Shown here piece after piece: positions 12,487-25,898 of a stretch of DNA of 64,000 bases. Position numbers and translations under genes: made by a program. Under the pieces are notes generated by a model. It saw only the letters and a program-made list of their open reading frames with translations. It made no database searches and was not told the DNA's origin. Origin of the DNA: Geosiphon pyriformis uo1 (taxonomy: Eukaryota; Fungi; Glomeromycota); NCBI GenBank assembly GCA_016748015.1, contig JAAOMT010000703.1:372001-436000 (forward strand), written 5' to 3'. Numbering within the stretch: position 1 is the first letter of the stretch; each line of letters starts with the position of its first letter.

Positions 12487-13397
12487 TGTTACTCATAAAA
12501 AGAAAACAGATATAAGAAAATAATAAACCAATAAGTGAATAGTATTTAGCACGTGAGCACATTGCTCAGCAATGTGAAACAATGTCAAAAAAACATGGCA
12601 CATTGCTCAGCAATGTGGAGCAATGTTAGAAAACATGACACATTGCTCAGCAATGTGGAGCAATGTCAGAAATTAGGACACATTGCTCAGCAATATGAGC
12701 ATTGCTCAAGAAATCATAGCACATTGCTTAAAAATGTGAGCAATCTCATAGAACATCAATTATGTATATATAGCAGTAACATTAGAAGTAAAAAAGACAG
12801 AATCTTTTAGTTAGAGACCTCTCAGTTTAGATTTTATCTAGACAACTTTCCAAATCACAATAAATAACTATTTGCTATTTAAGAAACCTACTTCCACTAT
12901 CAACACTTTATGTTAATAGTAATTAATACTTAACCACACTGGAACAATAGCTCTTGATTACGGCTATTAACAGGATACTAACTTACAAATTGCCTTGGCT
13001 TATTTCTTATATTTCTTTATTTTTTTTATTTCTTTTCTTTGATTTTTGTTGTATACTAATTGATTAAAAGATTAAAAGTGCTGAGTTATTGACGTCACAG
13101 ATAGTCTGGTAAAAGACCCAGAAATAAGAGTAGCATTATATATATTATTGGATAGCTTACCAGAAGAACATGACTGTCAGAATAAATCCAACCACCAAGC
13201 TGAAAAAGAAATTGGGAAACAATTTACAAGAAAACTGCAAATAACATTGACAAAGAATCTCTGTTTATTATACAAAGGACTCCAAAAAAAAACTCTTCAA
13301 ATACAAACCTTGAAAGCATCATCCACGCAAATAGCTTTTAAACACCAAGTTATGGGTTTGTTATTTGCCTTAAGACTCCAAGTAATCATCTGTAACA
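12487..13397 (+). repeat. 3' LTR of element B
   Basis: PPT aaaaaggaggaga, then TGTTACT..TGTAACA. R/U5 homologous to the LTRs of C and E. Confidence 0.9.
12558..12738. repeat. Five ~40-bp tandem units, each with palindrome CACATTGCT-C-AGCAATGTG
   Basis: Cores at 12558, 12599, 12639, 12679 and 12720, between a CCAAT box and the TATA box of the LTR. Confidence 0.9.
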
Positions 13398-16300
13398 ATG
13401 ACATCATTGTATCCATCAAAGTTCTTGTGATGGAGCAATCCAGTACCAGGCACTTGTTGGTAACAACTGACTAGTCAAAACAAATGCTGCACTCGACTGA
13501 AACATCCAAGAACTATAGCTGAGTCAGAATGGCCAATACACACAAGTACCTGTCATGTGTGGACACTTCAAACCCATCACTATGCCATCAGTCCCACTTA
13601 TCAAATTCAAAGAAGAAAAAGAGAAACCTATCTGGGAAACTTATTAAGTGTCTTGGACTAATGAAAACTACAATGAGCTACCACCAATACTCTCTTGAGA
13701 TGACAATAAAAAAGGAAAATGAAAGGAAGAACTTACCTGAAATGCTGACCAAGCCTGGGAAACCAACAACAATCAGGACAAAATAACAACTTGGAAGTGG
13801 AAAGAAGATAACAATAAGGAAAAAAGAAAAGAAAAGAAAGAAAGTCCAACACTAAACACCACTTATAGCCCATATACTTACTTTTTAATACCACCATCTA
13901 ATTATCACTGACTGAAACTAATATGTGTAAATTGCAGCAAGAAATTGTTGTTAATGGATGCATGCTGTGGCAATGATGAGGAATACTCCACAGCAACAAA
14001 GTTCTATTGTCACCTATGCATCATAAAACAATTTGAATGTCCAAAAAGGCAAGAAAAATAGGACAACAAACTCTGCTTGACTTGTAGAGAAACACTACTT
14101 GACAAAGAAATATGAAACAACATTCCTGGTTAAGGAGGAATTTGTAATGAATTATGTCAATACACGATTCTAATAAGTGACTGGGTTAAGAAAAAAACAC
14201 CAATAGAAGCCACTTGGAGAAGGGCCATAAGACATCTGGACAGTTGTCTATATGACGATGACAAAATATGGCAAATGGCCATCACCAAGATTAAGGAAGC
14301 ATTATTCAAAGAGATCAGAAAAATCAAGAACAACCCACCAGAACCCATAGAACTCGATTGGGACAAAAAACCAGTCATAAATATCCTGGAACCAGAAAAA
14401 TTTTATGAACACTATCAAACTTTGGCACTTACAAGAGAAGAACAGGAAGAGCATTTAGCACAGTTAAATACTTGACTATGTGACCACTGTTTGATTCCAT
14501 GTGACTTTCAATATTGTAATGAGTGTGATTTCATTTACAATCCACCAATCTGCATGATCTACACAATTCCAAAAGAAGAGGAACCAATTATCAGCTGCAC
14601 ATCAGAATCGGAATCAAATCTCAATCCTGATTCAAACTCTGACAATAATGATAATGAAAACAATGGTTCCAGCTCTGCTCCAAATAGCAACAAAAATTAT
14701 AATGATTCAAACTCCGATTTAAACCCCAAAACATTTATCGCACTTCCTGACCTCACCAAGGAACAAGAACTTAAATGGTTTAGCAATAATGGTAAAGGTA
14801 TCATGCCAAAATGTGTACATGATACTGATACAGGGTTTGATTTGAGATATCCAGGGAGAGATGCCATAAAATTGGAATCCTATTTGCACACCTGCATTGA
14901 TCTCAAAATAGCATTAGAAATTCCAGCAACAACAATAGTTCAATTAGCATCTAAAAGTAGCTTAGCCAAAAAGGGAATCAACATCAGAAGAGAAATAATT
15001 GATACAGAATACATAGGAAATATCATTGCTATGCTACAAAATGACTCAGAAAAAGCATATATTATAGATCTAAATGAAAAGATAGTACAGGCAATATTCC
15101 TACCTCTGGTGAAAATAGCTCAGTTAGTGTTAGTGGAAAACAGGAAAAAATTAGGGATTACTGCTAGAGGAATACAGAGATTTGGATCAATGGGTAGAAT
15201 AGATATATCAGTTAATATGGCAGAGGAAGAGGTTATTGACAAAGGAGAAATTATCTCAACCCATCAATCAATTTTCATTCCACCATATAACCAGTATATG
15301 TTAGCCATAAAAAGAGAAGTAAAGAATCAAGCTCAATTGTTTGAAGCAGAAGCCACCATTTGTGAATCAGAAGAGATTGGACTTACTAATCTCTACATAT
15401 CAGCCAAAAGTCCCAAAAACATTAATATTCCCATCTATAACACAATGAGAAATATTATTGAAATACTAAAGAGAACCATCATTGGATATCTTACTACTAA
15501 AGTTGAGGATCAACCACCAAACCACATTCCAGATTTTTCACAGCTTTGTAGATATGTAGACATCACATTAAAAACTATTTACAAATGAAGTGAATGTTAT
15601 CTGCTCCAACCAGAACAATTGGAACAGATAAACATAGGAAATCTAGACCCACTCCAACAAATACAACTAAAGATATTACTCAGCAATTTCAATAACATTT
15701 TTGTTAGTGAAAATGAATTTGGCCACACCAACATAATCCAGCATCAAATCAAGACCAGAAATACAATGCCAATCAAACAATAAGCATACAGAGTACTACC
15801 TGCCAGCCATGAGATTATTTGTCAAGAAATCAATCAGATGCTTGACAATGGGTTAATTCAACCATTAATGAGCCCATGGTCATCACCAGTGGTACTAGTC
15901 CATAAAAAGAATGGAAAAATCTGCTTTTGTGTGGATTACTAGAAACTGAATGGAATAACAAAAGAAGATAGCTATCCAACACCAAAAATCCAAGAACTGT
16001 TTGACGCTTTTGGTAGAAAGAAATGGTTCTTAACACTAGACTTAAACAGTGGTTACTGATAAGTAGCCATGAATTCAGCTGACAAAGAGAAAATGGCATT
16101 TACTACCAGAGAGAGAAATTTTGAGTTTGAAGTCATGCCATTTGGATTGATAAATGCTCCAGCCACTTTTCAGCAACTTATAGAAATTGTTTATATGGGA
16201 CTACTATAGAAATCTGTAGTCATATACTTAAATAACACCAATGTGTTCTCAAAAACATTTGATGATCATCTGTACCATCTTCAACAAGTGTTTGAAAGGC

Positions 16301-18510
16301 TAAAAAGAGCCGGATTAAAGCTAAATGTAAACAAATGTTTCTTTGGAAAAACTGAACTCAAGTTTTTGGGACATGTGATGAGCAAAGATGGTATTAAAAC
16401 AGATCCAAACAAGATAGAGATTGTTAAGAACTTTTCAGTACTAAATAATCTCACAGAATTAAGAGCATTCTTGGGATTTATTGGATACTACTACCACTTT
16501 ATCAAGAACTTTTCCAAAATAACTTAACCACTACACCAGCTCCAAACAAAGAACACCAAATATAAATAGACAGAAATTCAGCAAGAAGCATTTAATACAT
16601 TAAGAAGAAAGCTGATCCAAGCTCCAATACTAATCTATTCAGATCATAGCAAGCCATTCATAATCACAACTAATGCATCTAGTTAAGTGTTGGGAGCAGT
16701 ATTATCCCAGAAAGAACTAGACAGAAGAGAACATCCAGTAGCTTATGCAAGTAGAAGCTTAAGTCCAGCTGAAAAAAATTATAGAACTCCAGCATTGGAA
16801 CACTTAGCTATCTATTGGGCTGTTATCAAGTGGAAAAAATACTTAAGCCAAAAGTTTGAAATATATATAGATTACAAAGAATTGACTTCAATCCAGAAGT
16901 AAGAATTTGGAGACAATCATTATGTCAGATGGAAAATAGAACTTTTACCATTTAATTATACAGTACATTATAAAAAAAGAAAAGACAATGAAAATACCAA
17001 TGGCTTGTCACGAATGAGACAAATCTAAAAACATTTCAATCCAAATATAACAAAACATAAATATACAAAAATATCAACAACTTTAATATTATATAAATAC
17101 CCAATTGTTCAAAGAGAAATTATCTCAAAAAGAACAAAACAATATAAAACAGCAGTCAAAACATTTTATTAATCATTAAAACATACTTTACCAGAAAAAC
17201 AGAAGAAATCCAGATCAACCAATCAGAGTAATCACAGAACCAGAGAAAGAGACAATATTGTTCAACATGTATTCAGATCCAATAGCAGGACATTTTCATA
17301 AAGAAGCAACAATGAAAAAAACCAAAAAAAAATACTATTGGCCATCAATGTATCCAGATATCATCTAATATGTTCAAAATTGTGATGCTTGTCAAAGAAG
17401 AGAAGGAACAAAACCCAGTGAACCATTAAAACCAATCAAAGTGGAACAACCATTTGATCACATTGGAATTGATTTAGTCAGACCATTAATAATTACAAGC
17501 AGAGGCAACAGATATATTGTAGTAGTCATGGATTATCTCACAAAATGGCCAGAAGCAAAAGCCATTTAAAGAGCAGATGCAGAATCCATTGCCAAATTCA
17601 TTCATCAAGATTTGATCTGTCGACATAGATATTCAAAAGAATTATTATCTGATCAAAGAACTCATTTTGTGAATAGAACATTAGCAGAACTAAGCCAAAG
17701 ATTTGGAATCAAAAAACCATTATTATTATTATACCATCCACAAACAAATAGACTAGTTGAAAGATTTAACAAAACATTGTGTGAAGCTATTGCCAAAATC
17801 AGTCAAAAAAACCAAGATGAATGAGATTCAATCATACCATCAGTACTATTTGCTTACCAGACAATGAAGCAAAACACTACACAAACAACATTATTTGAAT
17901 TAGTATATAGAACAACAACATTACTAGTGGAAATAGAAGTCAAAACATATCCAACAGAACTAATAACAGAAGAGAATTTCCAAAGAACATTGTTAAGAAG
18001 AACATATGACTTAATAGAGACACTAGAAAACACATGATAAAGAGCAGCTGATAACATTTAAAAGTCACAAGAAAAACAAAAAAAAAGACATAATAACCAA
18101 CTACCAAATAAACCAATTGAATTCAAGATTGGGAACAAAGTACTTTTACATTGTACCAAAGCAGAAAAACAATGGAGTGGAAAATTTGACTCCAAATGAG
18201 ATGGACTATTTCACATAGAAGAAATTCTTGGAAATGAAGCTTATAAATTAAGATAAGACAACAAAATCTTAGCCAAAGCAGCACATAGTGATCGACTGAA
18301 ACTATATCACCATATAGTGTTACCATCTACCAGTAATATTCCACAATTAGGAGTACAGAAAATACTAGTACAACCAGATAAGATTCCATGAGATCTGGAA
18401 CCAATCATAATTATTGGACCAAACATGTAAAATGAAACAGTAGAAAGAATATATAAAAACATGGTAAACATGACAAAAGACATCAGAAAAATAGAAATTA
18501 TTAACAACAT

Positions 18511-21500
18511 TGTTACGGGATGGTTTTCTTGTTATATTTAATTGCTGATATCCTGCTTTAATTGCAATCAGTTTTTCGTGAGTTCCTCAATTTTATTTGT
18601 GTGATAATGTCACTTGTTACACTGAAGGCTTTCTTTTTACTGTTGTGATGTAAGTTATTCTTTAATTCTTGATTGTTGTGTGTGTTTATGTACTCCTTCT
18701 CAGAGGCTGAACTGAAATCTACCCACTGTCTGGGGTCTTCTCTGAGACTATCCTTGCAATTGCCTGATGTGTTTCTCTAATCTAGAAACACAGAATGTTA
18801 ATGGTCTTTAGCGCTTTTCTAATTCTCACAATAAAGCTTTTATCAATTAGTAACAACGTGAATAATCTTGATCAAGGATTATTNNNNNNNNNNNNNNNNN
18901 NNNAATTTTTCTGACTCGGGACCGTCAGGTGAGTCTTGTTGATTTATTAATTGATTTTGAGACTGCTGATTCTCAATTTCCATTTTTCTTTCTAAGTCCC
19001 TTTCGTCTTGACACTCTTCACAGCACTGACTTTGGCACGGGATGAGACAGTTTTCGCAGAGGTAAGTGTTGATTTGGGTGAGGTATTGTTCTTGCTCTTG
19101 TCGAGTGGGGCATAGTTGTTGGTAGTAGTCCTGGAATTCGTCTACTGGGTCAAACATGTTGTAGCTGGCGACTTCGTCGGCTACTTCGGCTGACTCTTTC
19201 CAACATCATATTTCTTCGGCGGTTCCTCCTCTTACTTTGGCTTGTGTGGTGTTGTACAACTCATCCTCATCGTGTGGGTAGTGCTGTAGTCTTTTTAATG
19301 CTCTGTTGAACGCTGCTTCGAACGGCGTTCTTCCTCTTACCCAGTCACAGATGAAGATCGTGTATTGGCAAGTTGCGTCACACGTTCCTCCTCTGCCTGG
19401 TAAGTCATTCCAGTCGCACCCTCTTGGTAACAGTTCTCCACAAGCGAGGCACAGTTCCTCGTCCCATTTTCCGTGTCTTTCTGGGTAACCGTATTTTTCT
19501 TTGTTACAACGGTTACAATAGTAGTGGGTGGGGTTTCTTGGGTCTTCATCCGGTGCGCTGCACGCAGTCATAGACAAGAGTTTCTTCTTGCAAACTGAGC
19601 ATTCTAGCTTTGGTCTGCGTCGCTGGTGGTTTCTTCGTGAACTTACCTGGTTCCATTCGGATCTTTCTTCACTGGTCCACGTTGATACGGCTGGTAGTCC
19701 TGTTCTTTGGTCATCAGCCCAAGAGAGCTGATAGGTTTCGATGGCTGGTAGTGCTGGATTTTCCTCAAATTCGAAGGTAGGTCTTTGGTTGGCACTGGGT
19801 TTTTGGAAGTGGCCACAGGTGGCTGGAATTTTGGCCTGGTGGCCATTATAATTGATCAGAAGCTCTTGGGTGGTCCAGTCTAGGGTGGCGTTGGCTTTTG
19901 TTAGCCAGTCATTCCCTACTAACGCTTGATATTGTGTAGCGTCCATTACTAATACTTTTGTAGGTATTACTATGCTGTTAATTTCGAAAGGGAATGAGTC
20001 GATTTCGCCATAAGGCAGCTTTGTACTTCCATCGGCTGTTATGATTTGGGACGTCGCGGCACGATCAACTTTGAAATCCAGTTGGTTTACTAGTTGAAGC
20101 GTTACGATGCTTCCAGTGGATCCGCTGTCTAAGATAAGTTTGATTGGGGTATTGTTTACAGTGGCTTCCGTATACATAGCAGTGATTGGGCGTTTTTCGT
20201 CCAATGCTGCTCCACTGAACATAGCCTCGTTTTCCTCTAATTCAAAAGGAAAAATAGCTGTGAGGCTGCTATCTTCGGTGGCAACTGCTGGTGNNNNNNN
20301 NNNNNNNNNNNNNGATTTTCCATATGGTAGGAGCATGATGGACCGCTCATTTTTAATTACTTCGCCTTTTTCCTCTATTGTTTCAGCGAAATTCGCTTCA
20401 ATTCCTTTTTCTGTCAATCCGAAACCAAAAGTTCCTCTCGTTGTTTGTGACAATTCCTCACGATTTTCCACTGGCACAAATTTCCCAATTTTTACCAATG
20501 GTAGGAAAATTGCTTGTGCAATCTTTTCCTTAGATTCAATGGTATAAGGCTTTTCTGAATTGTTTTGTAGCAAAACCATCAAATTTCCAGTGTATCTGGA
20601 GTCAATTACTCCTTCTTGAATGCTTATTCCTTTTTTCGTGAGGCTTGATCGCGACGCCATTTGAACCATTATTCCTGGCGGAATTTCAACCGCTATTTTT
20701 AGGTCGATTTTGGTGATGCTCCTGGGTGGTAACATTGTGGATTGGTCTTCCGGATAATGTAGATTGAATTCAGCGTTGGTTGGATGGGCTCTTTCGGGTA
20801 TTATTCCTAAGTGCCCGTTGTCGAAGTATCGGATGTCGGTCACCTGTTCTAGATCGGTATAGGCTACAAATTTTTCTGACTCGGGACCGTCAGGTGAGTC
20901 TTGTTGATTTATTAATTGATTTTGAGACTGCTGATTCTCAATTTCCATTTTTCTTTCTAAGTCCCTTTCGTCTTGACACTCTTCACAGCACTGACTTTGG
21001 CACGGGATGAGACAGTTTTCGCAGAGGTAAGTGTTGATTTGGGTGAGGTNNNNNNNNNNNNNNNNNNNNCGTTTTCCTCTAATTCAAAAGGAAAAATAGC
21101 TGTGAGGCTGCTATCTTCGGTGGCAACTGCTGGTGGTATTGTCTGGCTCAATTTGGAGGAATTCTTGGTTCTGTTTATGTTTCTACCGTCATTGTTTCCG
21201 ATGATCAGGTTTTCCGGTATATTAAGGTAAGTTTGTTGATAATTTTGGTAGTTTGGATTGGTTTGCTGATTGGTTCCGGCGCGGTTTGGATTCCTTTGGA
21301 CCAACGCGTTCTGGTTCCACATGGGCTGATTTCGGGCCTCGGGACGCCAATTCGGGTTGGCTATCATGGGCTGTTGCTGGTAAGCTCCTTGATTTTGATA
21401 CGTGGTGGGATATTGGTGTGGTATTGGCGTGTACTGGTTTCTGGGCATTTGGGGTGGCGTGTAGTAATTATTTTCGCGTGCTTCCTGCATCATTCGCGTT

Positions 21501-24381
21501 CGACATTGACTAATCAAATGTCCTACGCGTTTGCAAAAATGGCAGGCGCGTGTTTCTGTTCTGAATTCCTGGCGCGACGAGCGATTATTTTGACTGTCGC
21601 TGACTTCCTGGCTGCGTCTTTGGGGTGGTTGGTATGTATTTTTTCTCGGATCCGGGATGAGGTAACTTTCTATTTTCTTAGAAAGTTCCTCCCCTAATCG
21701 CATTATTCTTTTCTCTAATGTTTCTGTCTTATTTTCCTCCATTACCATGTTAACCATTTGACTATGGTTAGCTTCTTTCTCAGCCAATTCAAGAGCTCTG
21801 GCAAGCGTAACGGCTTCTGGTAAGGAATTAGGGTGGGCAGGGNNNNNNNNNNNNNNNNNNNNCGTTCCCTAGTGTTTCCTGTGGATATTGGAAAATTTTC
21901 ATTGGCGTATTGCTCAATTTCTCGATGGATTTTGACAATAGTTGCGGCTATTACTGCTACTTCTTTTGTAGTGTATTGTGATAATTCTCTATACAATCCA
22001 AGTTTTGCGTCATGTAGTTCTTCTTCCTTTCCTATATGATAATTTATTCTGGCGTTGATATAATAAGTGAGGGCAGATTCTGCTGGACAACACCCTTCTG
22101 GTAATCCAAGATCACTTTGATTTTGTGTGTAAATAGCACGGCAGAATTCAAGAACAGTAAGATTAAGGGTTTTTGTCACCACTTTTGTCTTTTCCTTTTT
22201 AGCAATGAATTATTGCTAATTATTATTTCCTTTTTNNNNNNNNNNNNNNNNNNNNGTACTCTTCCTAAAATGCTGCTTTTTAATCCTCTAATAAACTGAT
22301 TTAAAACCTGAGGATCAGTGTAGTATTCTTGTTCAATCGCTTCAATCTGACGGCGAATTCGATTGAATCGAGCAAGATATTGGGTGACAGTTTCACCGGT
22401 ATTTTGCTTGATAGTATTGAATTCGTTCTGTAGTTGGATTATGGCGTTTGGGTCGCTAAAATACTCCAGGAGTGCATTTTTAAATTCGGCGAAGCTCATG
22501 GGTTTTGTTTCCAGGCTTTGATATCACAAGTCAGCTGTGCCTTTCAGGAAGAAAGGTAATGTTTGAATTGCTCTTTGGTCATTCCAGTTATTTGCCTGGA
22601 TGGCTTTTTGTGTTTCTCTGAGCCATGTGTGCACGTCCGTTTCTTCTTCCTCTCCTGAGAAATCTGTTAGTCTTGCAATGTATGGTGTGGTCATTTCGTT
22701 GCCGTTTTCTGCTGGTGGGTTTATTGGTCTAAGAGGAGGTGGGATGATATTTCCTTGAGCATTCCTAAAGGTGGCTTCCCTTATATCCGGTTCTTCCTCT
22801 TGATNNNNNNNNNNNNNNNNNNNNTTCTGGTTCCACATGGGCTGATTTCGGGCCTTGGGACGCCAATTCGGGTTGGCTATCATGGGCTGTTGCTGGTAAG
22901 CTCCTTGATTTTGATACATGGTGGGATATTGGTGTGGTATTGGCGTGTACTGGTTTCTGGGCATTTGGGGTGGCATGTAGTAATTATTTTCGCGTGCTTC
23001 CTGCATCATTCGCGTTCGACATTGACTAATCAAATGTCCTACGCGTTTGCAAAAATGGCAGGCGCGTGTTTCTGTTCTGAATTCCTGGCGCAACGGGCGA
23101 TTATTTTGACTGTCGCTGACTTCCTGGCTGCGTCTTTGGGGTGGTTGGTATGTATTTTTTCTCGGATCCGGGATGAGGTAACTTTCTATTTTCTTAGAAA
23201 GTTCCTCCCCTAATCGCATTATTCTTTTCTCTAATGTTTCTGTCTTATTTTCCTCCATTACCATGTTAACCATTTGACTATGGTTAGCTTCTTTCTCAGC
23301 CAATTCAAGAGCTCTGGCAAGCGTAACGGCTTCTGGTAAGGAATTAGGGTGGGCAGGGCGTACTCTTCCTAAAATGCTGCTTTTTAATCCTCTAATAAAC
23401 TGATTTAAAACCTGAGGATCAGTGTAGTATTCTTGTTCAATCGCTTCAATCTGACGGCGAATTCGATTGAATCGAGCAAGATATTGGGTGACAGTTTCAC
23501 CGGTATTTTGCTTGATAGTATTGAATTCGTTCTGTAGTTNNNNNNNNNNNNNNNNNNNNTGGTGGGTTTATTGGTCTAAGAGGAGGTGGGATGATATTTC
23601 CTTGAGCATTCCTAAAGGTGGCTTCCCTTATATCCGGTTCTTCCTCTTGATCACGTGTTTCTTGGTTTCTGGACTGGCTGCTTGTTCCAGTGACTGGTCT
23701 TGTGATTGTTTTTTCGCTGGTCTCTTTTTCGGATTCTGATTCAGACTCCTCTTCACGGTTTTCAAACTCCGTTCTAAATTTTGGCTGAAAAAGAGGGTTT
23801 TGGAATAGTGATGAATATCCTCCTGTAATTGGTATGTCTCCCCAGTTACGTTGTTTAATTTTATCAATATAACTAAGAGTTCTTGGCATTTGTGGAGTTG
23901 ATGTTGATGATGATGCAGCTCCTAATGGAATTTGTATCTTATTTTCNNNNNNNNNNNNNNNNNNNNATAGTTCAGTTTTAAATATTCTTTTTCATTTCTT
24001 TTTGATTTTAAAGGTTTCTTGGGATATTTAATTTGAAAGTATGATTTAAAGTGGAGTTTGTTAGATAAAATTGGATCTATTGCTTGATAAGTTATGATTT
24101 TTATTACTTGATTGATTCTTTCCCAATATTAAAACTACTGTATATATACATGTTTGTAGTTCTACAAGAAAATACTTTCTTTTTGATATTTCAACCTGGT
24201 GCTTGCTGCTATCACCAGTTGGTGTTGGCTGCTATTGTGAACTGGTGCTTGCCACTATCGCGAGATGGTGTTTGTTACTATGTTAATCATTACCTTTCTA
24301 AGATTATTACTGTGCTATATTATGATTGAATAGTTTGTATTATTTTTATGATTCTTTTTGCTAAATTCTTAAACCGTAACA
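18511..24381 (-). mobile_element. Ty3/Gypsy element D, comparatively young (CpG-rich), collapsed and scrambled assembly with 20-N gaps
   Basis: Termini TGTTACGG..CCGTAACA, TSD ACAT at 18507-18510 and 24382-24385. Minus-strand gag with CHFCKRVGHLISQC, protease LDSGS, Cys-rich region and dUTPase. RT and IN not present in the assembled sequence. Confidence 0.88.
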
Positions 24382-25018
24382 ACATTCACTCATTAGCACA
24401 ACAACTCTTTCAATTGATCCAACAACAAAAAATGGAAATCACAATCAATTAACAAACCATCAAATACACAAACACCAGAAAAAGACCATGGGATAAAGTA
24501 TGGAGGAAAACAGAAAACACTGTTGACAAAATAATGGTAAAAGTAAAACTGGCGATAAAAACACAACTCAAGGTTACCCAATATTAAGAGTTGACTATAG
24601 AAAATTAGAAGTGGTAAATACAACAATTTCCAAGAAACTTTTGTTACTTTTACTTGGGACAACATATGAACATTCAGAATCTATACACAGATAAGACAAA
24701 ACAATTATTTGACACAACAATACTACAACAACTAGAACAATTTGTGGGGAAAAACAATTTAACTACACAAGCAAGAGCCATTTATTGGCTACATACTGGA
24801 TTTTAAGATTGACCAGAAATCTTGCTCAACACTGAAATGGACACTGTTACTGTTAACCAAATGAGAAAATTAACCAACACCCAATTTGAAGAATTACAAA
24901 ACAAGATAACCCAAATAATTCTTGGAAAAGAAGTTCAAGAACTACTCAAAAATGGAGAAATAGAGCTAGGAGATTTGGAAAATCTTAACAGAACTCAATA
25001 TTAAAAAGGAGAGAATAA

Positions 25019-25898
25019 TGTTACTTATAGAATATAGGAAGAATACTAGCATATAAATTAGCCAATCAGAAATAGGCACAGTAAATGTGGAATTCTAGAA
25101 TTCCTCTCAAAGGAATTGCAGAATTCTAAAAATTTCAGAATTCTCATATAAGGAATTGCAAAATTCCAAAATTCCAGAATTCCTCTTAAAGGAATTACAG
25201 GATTCCAGAAATTCCAGGATTTTTGGTGTAAAGAATTAAAGAATTGAGAAATCTCAATTATGTATATATAGCAATAGTGCTAGAAATAGAAAAGACAGAA
25301 TTTTTTAGTTAGAGACTTCCTAGTTTAGATCTAATTAAAACAACCTTTTATTTACAAAATATCAATAAATAATTATTCACTATTTCAATCTACTCTCCAC
25401 TATCAACATAAAGTGTTAATAGTAATTAATACTTAACTACACTAGAACAATAGCTCTTGATCACAGCTATTGATGGAATACTAACTTGCAATTGCTTTTG
25501 TTTATTTCTTTTCTTTTATCTTTTTTTATTTTCTTTGGCATTTCTTTTGGTTAACTAATTGATTAAAAATTAAAAGTGCTAAGTTATTAATATTAAAGAT
25601 AGTCTGGTAAAAGATCCCAAAGGAAGGGTATAAGATTTATATATATTAATGAATAGCTTACCAGAAGAGCATCTTTGCCAGATTACCAGCCACCACGCTG
25701 AGAAAAAAATTTGATGGAATTGCAATTCTGGGAGGCTATGGGAAAGACAACCACTAAATATCTGTCTATTATACAAAGGACTTCACAACAAAATCTTCAG
25801 ATCCATAAATTCTTCAGATACCAATGCCAACAAATCAATTAAGCATCAAATTATGAGTTTGTTATTTGATTTGAAACTCCAAATAATCACCTGTAATA
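25019..25898 (+). repeat. 3' LTR of element C
   Basis: PPT aaaaaggagagaa, TGTTACTT start, CACCTGTAA(T)A end. ~40-bp GGAATTGCAG/GATTCC array at ~25089-25225. Confidence 0.88.

Larger units (their letters stand above)
4556..13397 (+). mobile_element. Ty3/Gypsy element B (dUTPase-bearing family), 5' end outside window, inserted into protease of element C
   Basis: gag-pol, integrase, ORF3, PPT and LTR. Sequence after 13397 resumes mid-protease of C (..IIVSIKVLVME..QYQALVGN). Confidence 0.92.
13398..25898 (+). mobile_element. Ty3/Gypsy element C (same group as B/E), interrupted by D, inserted into 5' LTR of F
   Basis: Protease C-half, Cys-rich region, dUTPase, RT, RNase H (stop 17028), integrase 17057-18430, ORF3 18491-25004 split by D, LTR 25019-25898. 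Confidence 0.9.

Noticed and set aside
12558-12738. CRISPR-like array of palindromic repeats
   Set aside because: The spacers resemble each other, there are no cas genes, and it lies in the U3 of a eukaryotic LTR.
13148-13474. 108-aa ORF as an LTR-encoded gene
   Set aside because: It has a TTG start, spans the B/C junction, and its frame is not preserved in the C and E LTRs.
21233-23213. Plus-strand hydrophobic ORFs in D and similar antisense ORFs (34906-35397 etc.)
   Set aside because: These are shadows of the Q/P/N-rich gag frame on the opposite strand.
18884-23966. Apparent internal duplications and rearranged domain order in D (e.g. 580-aa dUTPase-before-protease ORF)
   Set aside because: Every breakpoint coincides with a 20-N gap, so this is a scaffolding artefact of a collapsed repeat.
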